A DNA stretch of 64,000 bases from Orbicella franksi (Eukaryota): the NCBI GenBank assembly GCA_964199315.1, contig OZ116700.1:13454001-13518000 (forward strand), given 5' to 3'. Each line of letters begins with the position of its first letter. The stretch's first letter is position 1. Position numbers and translations under genes: made by a program. The notes under the pieces were generated by a model, which saw only the letters and a program-made list of their open reading frames with translations, ran no database searches and had not been told where the DNA came from. Positions 13,501 to 26,100 of this stretch are shown here, piece by piece.

Positions 13501-16500
13501 CCATGTTGGGAGGTTGTTTCTTCAATTAAAGTTTGGTCGACAGCTTCTTACATGTCCCGAGAGAGTATGCTCGAAACTATTTTGTCAAAATCATGGTACA
13601 GTTTCAACATAGTGATTAAATATGTTGTTTCACTCCGCTGTTACAGTAGAAAGTGCATTAACCAGGCCAAACAAAAGATGTCCGTGTTAAAAGTTGGTTT
13701 TAAATGCCTCACATTACAAGTTTATTTAATGCTGGAAATGCTCGCCCTTCCAGATCGTACACTTAAAACGAAGACCACTTTTTTAAACTCACTAACACGG
13801 AATGACGACAACCTCAGAGTTCTCTGTAAGAAAAGTAGCACGTTGCGCAGAGTCACTGAGTTTTTATTGCACGGCGGGGCCTGACTGATTCTTTCGTGTC
13901 CAACAGGATTGTGAAGACAGTCTACAGAGTTCAGAACCTGAAATAAGGTTTGCTTTAGACTATGGCGAGCAGTTGGTTGACGACGATCTCACTGATTCAG
14001 ACGAAAAGCAAAAGATTCAGGAAGATGTGATCGACATGGAACGAACCCTGAAGGGTCTTAAAGAGGAAGCCGCTAAAGAAAAAATAAGGTATGGTGCATA
14101 CCTAAGGTATATTTATAATTTCCGGAGTCAGTACGTTTTGGTCAAAAACAGCGTAATCATTGCGCGTTCTTTATGAACCTTCTTTGTAGGCTATTTCTTG
14201 CACAACTTTAGAGAAGTAAAAAAAATTAATCGCGTTTAGAGAAAAGTCACCCTAGCGATACCTGGTTCAATGAATTCGACATATACGCGCTACATTAGAA
14301 TTGATCTGCATCTTTACCTGTACCTCTATTATTTAAGACTTCCAATCTAAATGGCCTTGTTTCCTTTTTTTGTTTGTTTGTTTGTTTGTTTGTTTTCTTA
14401 TGTTTGTAACTCTTTTCAAGGCTGGGGCAAATATATGTCCGACAAAATGAGGAGAAGGAGCAGAAGCTGAAACAGTGGGAGATATGGATGATTCGTATAA
14501 CCGAGCTAGAGAAAAAGTGTCAGGAAAAGCTTGGAGATCTCAAGTCCAAGGGAGAGCCGCAAGATCAGACAGAAGTTGAAGATCAGATTGTTCTAGCCAA
14601 GGTTAGTTTTTAATAATGATTTAAATTGAAGAATTCTCCATACCTTATCGTTCATTCTGTAAGGATTTGACATTTTATACGAGTGCATCGATGAAGGCAA
14701 AGGTACAAGCCTCGAACAATGAGTATATGGTTGGGTTGCCATCTTAGCGCGTTTCTGTTATGTAATAAGACAACTACTCTCACATACTGTTGGTCATCCC
14801 TTGGCTTGTCTGCATACTTCCATTTCTGACCTGCATGACAGGCGGTTTGATGAGGGGTTGGGGAAGGGGGGACGAGGAGGAGGGTAGCGCGACCGCAATA
14901 TAAGAGCGTGAAGCTCGAGGGCTAGCTCGGATTGCGAGATTGCGCCAACGAAAATCTGCAGGCTAGCTTACTCTCCAAAGGTCACAAAATTATGTGAATT
15001 TATGTGTTGCTTTCTTTTCATTCTTTTGTCGCATACTACGCATGCTGCTTCTGTTAGATGCTGTATTTTAAGTCAGGTGTATATTCCCTTCATGTCAGGA
15101 ATTTCAAGAGGAGTTACAGTCTGCCAAACCCGTGATCACCGATGGTCTTGAATATGGATCGCACCTGCTAGAAGATGACTTGATCGATGAAGACAACAGG
15201 GCAAAGATTAGGCAGGACGTCCATCATCTCGAAGGAGACCTCGTGAAACTGGAACAGGCTAATGACGATGAACACAAGAGGTATCACCTTAAGTCTTGTG
15301 AAACATGTTACCGGGACATTATTCCACTTGCTTTCTTCCTTTGGTCTGACTGTACGTTGCGTTTCCTATCCTTTCTTCGGTATTGCGCTTACCACTAACC
15401 AGTGATTTTCTTCACATATGGAAAGGACATATAGGGATTACCATTGCATAGAGAAGCCCGTACATATTATTAAGGTGTTTCTCGATAGCTGCTGCAACAA
15501 AGATAATTCAAAATAAAATTGAGCATAGAAAAAATTGATAAAATCTAAGACAATGTTTACTGCGATAGCCACGTACCGTCCGTGACATTGATAACTAGTA
15601 TTAGCTAAAAACTCGTCATTAATAAAGTCTAGTTGTAGTTTTAATTTAGCAAAACACCTACTAAGAACGTACATGACCTAACGTGATCTTTTAGTAACTA
15701 TGTACTTATGTTGTTCGGAAAACTTTACAGATTGGAAGAAGCTCTTCAATTACATGGTCAAAGGCAAAAATTGAAAAACTGGGAGAACTGGACCACTCGC
15801 ATCAAGGAGTTGATGGGCGATTGTGAAGATAAGCTGGCAGACCTAAAATCAAAGGAGGAACCAAAAGATGGAAAGGAACTTGAACAGCAAATTATCTTAG
15901 CCAATGTAAGATCTGGAATCTGTTGTCTTTGTGTGTTTCCTTTACAGGGACAATGTTTTTGTTTGTTTGGTTGTTTGGTTGGCTGTTTTTGGTATTATAA
16001 CGTATTTAATTGGGCTAAATCAAGTATATGCACACCTTTTACAAACCACGGCTATTTTCATCGGTGTTTTCCCTTTTTTCTTTTCTTCTTTTCATCCTCT
16101 TACTTCATTTCATATCCTAGTGTACTTCGCTAAGACACATTTAGCTACTCTGCTGCTGCCTTTTAAAGGTATGGGCGGAGTAAAGAGAAAATACAACTAA
16201 ATTCATCTCAAACTATTTAAAGCTGCTGGAAAACAATTCAAGCAGTCGTCCTAGCGAGACTAGCAACCCATAACTAGAGCAAGTTCTTGAGAAATATATG
16301 AGAAGATATCCGTCTCGTCTGTTGATCGTATCCCACTTACTAGTTTATGTTGTATGTAGGAGTGCAAAGATAAACTGCAGGCATCGAAATCCGAGATGAG
16401 TGACGGCTTTGCATATGGAAAGGAACTTTTGGAGGACGACGCCCTCGATGACGGTGTCAAGGCGAATGTCAAACGGGACTTAGATCAGCTGGAGGGAGAC

Positions 16501-19500
16501 TTCTTGAGCATGGAGCGAGCCAGTGATGAAGAAGTTCTCAGGTAAACAACATATAGACGCGATTGTTCTGACAATGTCGTAAATTATGTCTCAATTTATA
16601 ACGTTTGCCAAGATGGCCGTTAAAGAGTTAAAGTCAAAATATGGAACTTTCTTATGATATTATGGGCTCATACCAATGCAAAATGAATTTTTTGCTCTAC
16701 TTTTTCATTAAGCGGCACCTGAACTCCATACATGTAGTCGGTAGCAAAAAAATCTCAAGATTTTATCTCAAGACTTTATCGATACAAGGAGCCTTATCTT
16801 TCATAGTACAGAGTAGCCAGGTGCAAGACTGATACTGTGAATTCACAACTAGCTAGCGAGAAAACCGATTTGAATAATTGCATGCAAAACGCTCATTCCC
16901 AAAATTTCCACTGTATTTGTGAAAAGGACCTTTGTCCCAGTTTAACTATGCGACTGTTCTGTCAAAAATAAGCTGAGCTTCGCAGTCGATCCTGATAAAC
17001 GGCCATATCCGTTGTAAAATTAACTTTTTGTTTTGTGCTGTTCGTACATAGACTGCAAGGACGCTTAGAAGCAATAAACGCTGAAACGAAAATTATGGAG
17101 GACTGGCGTGAGAAATGCAACATCGTAGAGACTCACATGGACGCTGCTGATGCAATAATACAAGAAGGAAAGAAAGCAAAGAGTCACGATGAGATAGAAA
17201 GCTGTTACAACAAGCTGAAGGTGTGGGTCTGTTTCATGTGCATAAGAAGACCGTGCCATGGTCTCATTTGAAAGATAAAAATGTGACAAAATTTTTGGTC
17301 GTTGTATATCAAAAACTATATAATAGGTGAGAAATGGTAGCGATATTATATCGCGTGTTATTAAATATAGAGTGATTTTCCATTGTACTTGTTATGTTTG
17401 TGGATGTTTCTGCTTCTGACGCTGCTCATAGTTGCTTGGGACAACTTCAAGATCAGTTTGAGCTTATTGCGAACGTGAGGTTTTCTTTTTGGTTAGACTG
17501 GTTTTGCAAAACTTAACTCACGGCAGTCACAATATTTTGTCAGGGAAAACATTAGCTACGCAATAAACTCGTAAAAATTCAAAGGAAATTAAATCAGAAT
17601 AGGCCATTTCCGAGATACATTCAAAACAAATCTAAGTCCCTCAAAATGAGTTTGTCTTCCATGAAAAAGAACCTGTAGAGGGAACACATTTTCATATGAA
17701 TGGTTTTGCAAGAAGACTCTTTTGACACAGAGGCAAAAGGCAAACTCGAGAATGGCCTATTATACATAAGCGGCACCGAGGGCGGAAAAACGCAAATTAC
17801 GGAGTCGTTTGATTGCTTGAATGAGTGACTCAGGGCTTAAAGCAAAAGCAAAGGTCTGTGGTAGTCAAGGAGAAATTTTATGCATTTTTTTTTTCTTATT
17901 TTGTCACGAGATATTTCGTTGTTAGGTGAAAATTATGTAAATGCGCTGTAAAAAACCCAGTTCTGTATTCTTATCGACAATACAGCAATGAGTCAGGTCA
18001 AGAAAATAATGTAATTGCTGGCTCATCTTTGGGTTTACATGCAGTTTGAAAGACAGATTTTAATTTGTTTCATTCCTTTAATTTAGTGTACTCATTATTC
18101 ATTTTGGCATGTTGAACTTTAGGACCTAACAAAGGACCTTGGTGATACCGAACCTGAGTTGAATGACACTTTAGATCACGGCAGAAAGTTGTCCTCAAAC
18201 AAAGACCTGAGTGACGGTAGTCGTCAAGCTGTTTCCGATGATGTTGTTCTCCTGGAAGAAAAATGGAAGGCCGTCATGAAAGTATCCCAAGAGGAATACG
18301 CCAGGTACGTCCATAGCTCGTACTGAAGGCTGAAGCGTACCGCCTGACCAATAGTAGAAAAACAAATAGATTCTGAACGATTTTTATAATGCTTGCTGTT
18401 AGCGATCTATTCAGTGGGATAATATAAAGCTCGATTGATTTTGAATGTGCATTATTCAATGACGTGTTTCGTTCAGCTGTTTTAACTTTTGTGAGTTATT
18501 GCAGACTTGGAGTCGAACTTGGGGCTTCTCAAGCAAAACAAAGAAACATAGCGACTTGGCACGAGCGATGCGACACTCTCCATGAATGGGTGAACGACAA
18601 ATACGTAAGGCTGCGTTCCCGACCGACCTCACCTGAGTCATCATTTGGAGGAATAAAAAGACAGCAAAGCGTCATCGAGGTAAGCTTGCATGTGGACTAT
18701 AAATAACAAGTATTTCCTCATTTTGGCCCATGTGTTTTTTCAAAGGAAGTGTTTACATTTGGTTTCATTTTACATCGTAGTTCGTTATGATTCCAGCAAA
18801 CGGTTTTGAGTTTGGCACGGGTTTCGTTATGACCTGACTGACTGTTAGTTTTAAAATTTTTACTCCCTCTTCCGTCTAACGCTTTGTTTTGATAGACCGC
18901 GATAGAAAGTACATAGCTTAATGTAGAAATTGTAAATCTACAGTAGACGAGTTATTTTGTTTTTGTCGTCGTCGTCGTCGTCGTTGTTGTTGTTTTTGAG
19001 AAGGAGGTAGCCTGTAATAATATGACTGAGAGACTTTCTTTATGACGGTTTGAAACGTTTTTCCAGGTACTCTGTTCTGATTGATTCGCATTTGACTGTC
19101 TGCTTATAGGATTTAGTTAAAGATTTGGTGACTAAACAAGGTGAAGTAAACGAAACCATTGACGAGGGAAATCAGATTATCGACGACGATTCCATCCCTG
19201 AAGGAGAAAGGAAACAAGTCCACGAAAAGATGATCGCACTTCATGACGACTGGAACAAACTGGCTAATTTGACTTCCGGGAAACAACAAAGGTTGGTTGG
19301 TCGAGATATGGAACTTTACAAAGAAAATGTATTAACTACTTCTAATTGTATCTTTCTAGCCGAGGAATGCACTACTATTTGTTTCAAATGTAATGCTTAT
19401 CTTTGTGACTTAACTATCCATATTCTGCTTTGCTCTTACGAAGAATGAAAAAGACTGAAAGATCTTCATAGCAAACGTATTTGTTTGTCACACTAGCTTC

Positions 19501-20132
19501 AATTTTCGCGTGGGTTTTAAACTGTAAGGGGACAAGGAAGTTGTTTGATTAAAGCTGACCTGAGTTCAGGCTTTTGTCTCCATCTATCTCAGCTCACATC
19601 ACAGCGTTTGTTGTTTCTAGTGTCCAAGTTCTACTTCTTGAAAAGGAACAGCAACACTTGGACAAGACCCAAAATTGGAGAAGAAAGATAGATCCTCTCA
19701 TGATGTGGATTTCATCAGCGGAGAACAGAGTGAACACCCAGTTTGAAATTGCTCCAGATCTCGACACCGTGAAGAAGCAAAAAAATGATCTTGAGGTAAA
19801 TCTTCACATGCCTTTATTCTTTGAAAATTATGTTAGTATTTAAAAAGAACTGTCTCTAAGCATTTCCCTAAGGATACATTCTATGGTGTTGATAGTCCAT
19901 CAAATCCAAATTAAGGAGCATAAGAATAGATAATCTCACTCTCTTAAATGACCATCATTTAGTCTTAAATTTTTCGGAGTTCCTAAAGCACATTAGACGT
20001 CATTGAACATTTGCAAAATGAAGCTTTGGTTTGACTGACCTTCTGAATGATTGATTAATTGATCGATACAGGGATTCGTTGATCGGTTGATCGACCGATC
20101 AAGTTACTGGCTGATTGGCTTTATGAGAAATA

Positions 20133-20199
<67 letters not shown>

Positions 20200-23100
20200 C
20201 ACTGCAGGATTTCAACACCGAGATGTTATCCCATCAACGCGAAGTTAGCGACGCTCTGGAGACTGGGGACAAACTTTTGAAAGACTCTGAACTTCCAGAG
20301 GATGACAGGACCGCAATACAGAAAGAAGTCCTGGATCTTGGTCACCGCTGGGAGAATCTAGAGGAGTTAGTCTCGTGGAAAACCGAAAGGTAGTAGGATA
20401 TTTGTCATATTCGTTAACTGAGCTTCATCATTCTAAATGAGTAAGTCTAATAAGCAATTTCTTTGTCTTTTTGTCACTTTCAGTAGATCTATAGCTGCAT
20501 TTGGTATTTTTGTCCGTGTTTTTGTACAATACCATGATGAAAAGGTCGATACCTCCCTCGAGGGAGAGATCGAGGCAAGAACACGATAATGCAAAAGAAA
20601 GATGTTTGGAATGTTTTGTGAAAATCCTCGGTGAATAAAGGGTTTTCGGCGCTTTCTATGAACAATATTCATAACTGAACTGACGGGCATAACAAGTTAA
20701 TGCTTCCCCGTTGAGCCTCTTTGCCGATTTAAACGAGACCATGCTTTCTCTCTTATCCCAGAATTGATGACACGATTCAGAAACTCAAGATGCAGCAAGA
20801 GGACAAACTGCAAAAGTGGCACGAGGGCGTAGATGAAGTCAATGTATGGGTGACAAAGATAAGAGTAAAGGTTGAATCGCCGATGAGACTTGCAACTGAT
20901 GTGGACTCCGCTTTAGAACAAATGGACGACTTTCAGGTTTGTTGCTGTTATTTTTATTCACATAGTGTCTTGCGGCAGAAGCCTTTCTGTTGCCATTGTG
21001 CCTTGATTAGGAAATTACTCAGCCACATTAAAATCTCCATTTGCCAAAAGTGGTCAGCCAGCAGATATTCGCTGCCTTTACGGCGCGAAAAAATTATTTA
21101 GTTTTTTTTTTCTTGCTCTCCAAACTTTCGGGTGCTTTAATTACTCGAGAGATGCACACTGAGCATGAACTAATTATTCGTTAAACTTGGAAGTATTTTT
21201 GTGGAAGCAGGTAAGTTTGAAAAATGCCAAGTACTCCTCGCATGATCAAGTCCCCCGATGGCAGCTGCATCAGTTTCAGAAAAATAAAACAATGTTGAGA
21301 CTTATTTCAGAGTTAAATACATGTAAGTTTGCCGTTTGTTCCCATCGTAAAAAAGGACGTTATCAAAGATGCTCCGTTGTATCAAGAAAAAGTCACCTAT
21401 CTAAATGAGTTCAGTGGCAACCTAGTGTCCGACCCATGTCTTGGCGAAGAAGAAAGAAGAAATGTGCGCGAGGAAACTGTGATCTGCAATGAAAACTGGA
21501 ACGATCTGGTTAACCTCGCCAATGCTCGACAAGCCAGGTAACTGAGTATTCCCTTTGCTGGCCATATTGTTTTTACATTACCTTGATAAATAGTCTGTGC
21601 AGACGGCGTACAAAGGGAACTGGGACAAGTGAAGAAGTTGGGCGCGAGTGAGAAGGAAAGAGCTCTCAAATTCCCCCTCCTACCTTGCCTTTTTACGTCT
21701 ATTAGTCCAATAACGCCATCGTAAATGCAATAGGTTGAAGTTACTCACTTTGCGTGGCTTCAGCATTATCCTAAACGGCAAAAATGTAATTTATGATTAG
21801 CTCTGGAAGAATCATTACTGATAATGGTGGTGGTGGTGGTGGTGGTGGTGGTGGTGGTGGTGGTGGTGGTGGTGAGCGTACTGACACAAGTAGCGTCGAA
21901 CTGTTTCAGCTGTTAATACACGTTAAGGGGGATCTCTAGTACATTGAGACTTGCGGTTGGAAATGCACGAAAATATTTCAGTCTACTTCAATCAGTAAAA
22001 TTTCTTGATACTTTCCAGTTTGTATTTTTAATGCAGCAAGCTTAAGCTCTTTTTTCTCTTTTAAGAATGGAGGAAAATCTTGACAAATTAGAACGACAAC
22101 AACAGGATACTTTGGAACGCTGGAGGATTCGTTCAGAAAGATCGGGACTGGCGTTAGATAAGCTGGAAGGCCAAATATCAGTTATTGATGATCCAATAGG
22201 AAATAACCTAGAGACAGTAAGGAGGCAGGAAGATGCGTTTGAGGTAGGCTCGGAGTAACTTGTATTTGTCTTATCTTGACCTGCATTCCATGCGGTACCT
22301 AAGTAAGACAGGTTACGTGTTACACTAGCCTCCTACTCGGACACTCTTAGGGCTCGTCACGCAATCTTCTTCGTCCTCTTGACGAACCCAAAGAGCGTCT
22401 GCGTAGGAGACTATTGTTGCACATGCTTTGATGAATCCAAGTCACTGTACCAGTCACAGGACGACGGGTTCTATTGACACCAATTATTCAGCCTAAAGCG
22501 GTTTTGGTTTATTAACTGGAACCATTGACATTCAACGTTCTTTGTTAAAAAGGTTTATTTCTGTATTTATCAAGTAATCGTGGAAGATATTATAACTGTG
22601 TATGTTTAGAGAATAACCTTTTTTATCAATGCCAATTGTATCTTTGTCAACTTCTGGTGTTGCTCTGTTTTCGTAGATATTTGCAAACGAAGTGGAACTG
22701 AACACGCCTCAGATGATTGACACAATTGCATTAGGCGAGAAAGTCAGGAAGGATCCAAAGCTCACCCAAAAACGCAAAGATGAGGTGGACGAGCATCTCG
22801 ATTCATTGACAGCACGCTGGGACAGAGTCAAGGATTTTATGGCGTTAAGAAAGGAAAGGTATGTAGAGAGATATAGGGTGCATATCGTTTAGTTACCTTT
22901 TTAACAAATAGTAATAATTTTTCATAATACTAATAATGCATTCTTTGTTCGAGTAGACCTTGACTTCTAGTGATAACAAAATACTGTTTATGCAGATGAG
23001 CAGTGTTTGTTTTCCTTTTGAACATTGTCGCCACTGTCTTCGCTAAGTTGTCATACGGTTGTTTTTATCCTTACGCCTTAAGGAAAGCCATCCTTTACTT

Positions 23101-26100
23101 TACCGTTGCTTAACTCGGGTTCTCTTTTTTCCTACGTACAATATTCAAGGCTTGGCGAAGCTTCTAAAAGGTTGCAAAGGGAGAGGAGAGACAAACTTCA
23201 TGAATGGGAGGAAAGACTGAGCAGTTTCGACAGCTTTTTGCGTAAAGCAGAGAGGGAGACAGAGAGACTCGAACCAATAGGAGACGACTTGGACACTGTC
23301 AAACGACAAAATGAGGACTTCGAGGTAAGATTTTTTTTATTCCTAGGAAAGAGTTTTCCTTTCTACAGAACGTATGGGTATTGATATTTTTTCATGACTT
23401 CCGCGCCCATTTCCCTTTGTGAGACCCGGCGTGTGTGGAGTCTGGCAAATGATTTATAAATCTGGTGACATAGTCTGTTTGTGTAGCTGCTAACATGTTA
23501 GTTTCATGAGTGCTTATGACTCTCTGATGAAGGATCTTTCTCTTTCCTCCAAATATTAGCAGTCGGCGGGACTTCTTATTGGACAGCAGAAGAAAGTGTA
23601 TGATTTTGAGAATTGCGCTGACGATTTAGCAACAGATCCCGCAATCGATCAAAAGTCCAAAGAGAGCATAGAAAATGACAAAAACAACCGTCTTGAGCGA
23701 TGGGCGAGGGTCGTCGACAAGATTAATAGTCACCAGGCTAAGTAATAACAATGCTCTATATTGGAAGTACAGGTTATATCATAAGTATGGGTAATGAAAT
23801 GGTCATTGTAAACCAGGCGCTGCATGCAGTTTGGTAACCTTGGAAAGCGAAAGTCACTTAGTAGTACACGAAAATCATTTAGCGACAACTGAACTTTTTC
23901 TGCCCCTGGTGTATGATTCAAGTGATTAGCGTTTCTTTAGACAATTATTGGATGGGGTTTTTGTGATATCCAGAATAATCAAGGTGCAGGTAGAGGTTAT
24001 CAGCCGAAGCCAAAGGTTGAGGCTGATAAACCTTACCGTGACCTTGATTATTCTAGATATCACAAAAAGCGAATCTAATAATTGTTTTATTATACATTGA
24101 ACGAAGTAAAAAATGTTTTGTCGTGTTTTTTGTTTCTTCGCTAACGGCAAGCAACACAAAGCGCGCGAACTTGACATGATTTCCCTTAGAAATTATGCAA
24201 CGCGGTCACGCATGACACGAATATCCGTGACCTTGAGTGTCCTTGACATGATTATTGTATAATCTGCAGCTAGATGACGTCACAGGTGCTGATTTCGAAA
24301 ATTCACTGTACGCTTTCGGCCAATCGGAAAAGGGATAACGAGTTCAATGTATAATAAAGTAGCTTATCAGTAACGAGGATTGTGGTTGTTATTATTCTTT
24401 GCGACAATAATATCTGAAAAGCAATACGCCTTGGAAAATCAAAGAAGAACAAACTTAACACTATTCTACATCAAACGTGAAAAAATGCCGCGAAGGTAAT
24501 ATAGTGTTACACCAGTATAATTACTTTTCCATGCATACAAGTTCTATCTCATTCCCCATGTATCTAAACAACTACAGTGAGCGTCAGTCTCCTCGTCGAG
24601 TTTAGAACGGTTGATTCGTAGTAGTATGCCGATCTAAATTCTTGTGGTAGGCCATTCAGCAAACACGTCCCTGAACGAAACATACAAGTAATAAAATTGT
24701 CATAATATTACTTACAGGCTCGAAGAAGAGCTTTTGAACTTGGAGAAAACTGAAGGGGAGTTTACGAGGTGGAACGACCAGCTTGTGACAATCCAAGAGG
24801 ACGTTTCGAAAGTTGAAAGTATCTGTGAGCAAGAAATAGCTCCCGATCTGGAGACACTTGAACAGCAAAGAAAGGAGGCCAAGGTGGGTCTTTGATAGCG
24901 TGTTTTCTTTACACCATTTCCATAAGCAGCAACCCTTAACAAGGACGTAGAATTTCAATCTCAAAGACGCCTGTACGAGGATGAATAGCCATATTTTTTC
25001 AGTTGACGTTGTCCTTGAACGCAGTTTTGATTATCATACGGTGTGTTTGAACTATCAGAGAAGCATGGAAGTAAACAGGGCGTTATCCAAACACTCTCAC
25101 TTATTTAACGTGAAATCTTCCTGTTTTCTTCTATCTTTTCTCTTTTCTTTTGCCTGATTACTTTCGATACTATAATGCTAATGCATTTCGTCATCTTTCT
25201 GCAGAATTTGAAAGAGGACGTGGCCCTGCTGGACCCTCAAATTGAAGAATTTCTCAAGAGCTCTGACAGTTTGCTCGATAATAGCGATTTACCTGACGAG
25301 GATCACCAGACGGTTGAGCGCGAGTCTGAATTGCTCGAGAAACGTTGGAACAAAGTAAAGAACGACGCTAATTCAAGAGAGCCAAGGTTTGTGAATACGA
25401 TAAAATTACATTTAAGCGAACGAACTAAGGGTCAGGGCTTGAGCACTGTGTTCTTTAGTAAGACATAATTCTCTCACTGCCCCACCGCACAGGATTATCC
25501 ACATGTACGGCTATAATATCAGCGAAATGTCAGTCGCGCACACTGGGATTGACCTGCAATGGCCATTTGATGTCACTTCGTACTGCAGAAGCCAGTACCA
25601 GTGCTATCTGGACCATCTGGTTTCAACAGACCTAATCTTAACTGTTTCTATGTTTCATTATCTTTTATGGCAGAATCGAAGAAGCGTACAGAACCGTACA
25701 GAAGGGTCAAAAAGCCTTGTTGGATGAATGGAAAAACTCTTGTAACTCCACTCTCAAGTGGATAGCTGATTCTTCTGCGCGTGTGCAGGCACAAGATCAT
25801 ACCGCTCCAGACCTCGACCACGCGCGGGCTCAGAAGCAAGAAATTGAGGTAGAAAAAAAATGCTTGTAGCAGTGATTTATTTAAAGCAATAAAAACAGCA
25901 GAAGAAACCAGTCAGGAAATACTAGTCTACTCAATGATAAATTTCTTAAAAGAACGAGAACAGGGAAATTTCATCAAATGTCCGGATTGATTTAATTTAT
26001 TGTTTTTGTCCTTGAGCTGAGACAGACAATCTTTTTTATGTAGGATTTAATGAAGGAAATTAAACAATACGATAAACAGATGGATAAACTTGATCAACTT

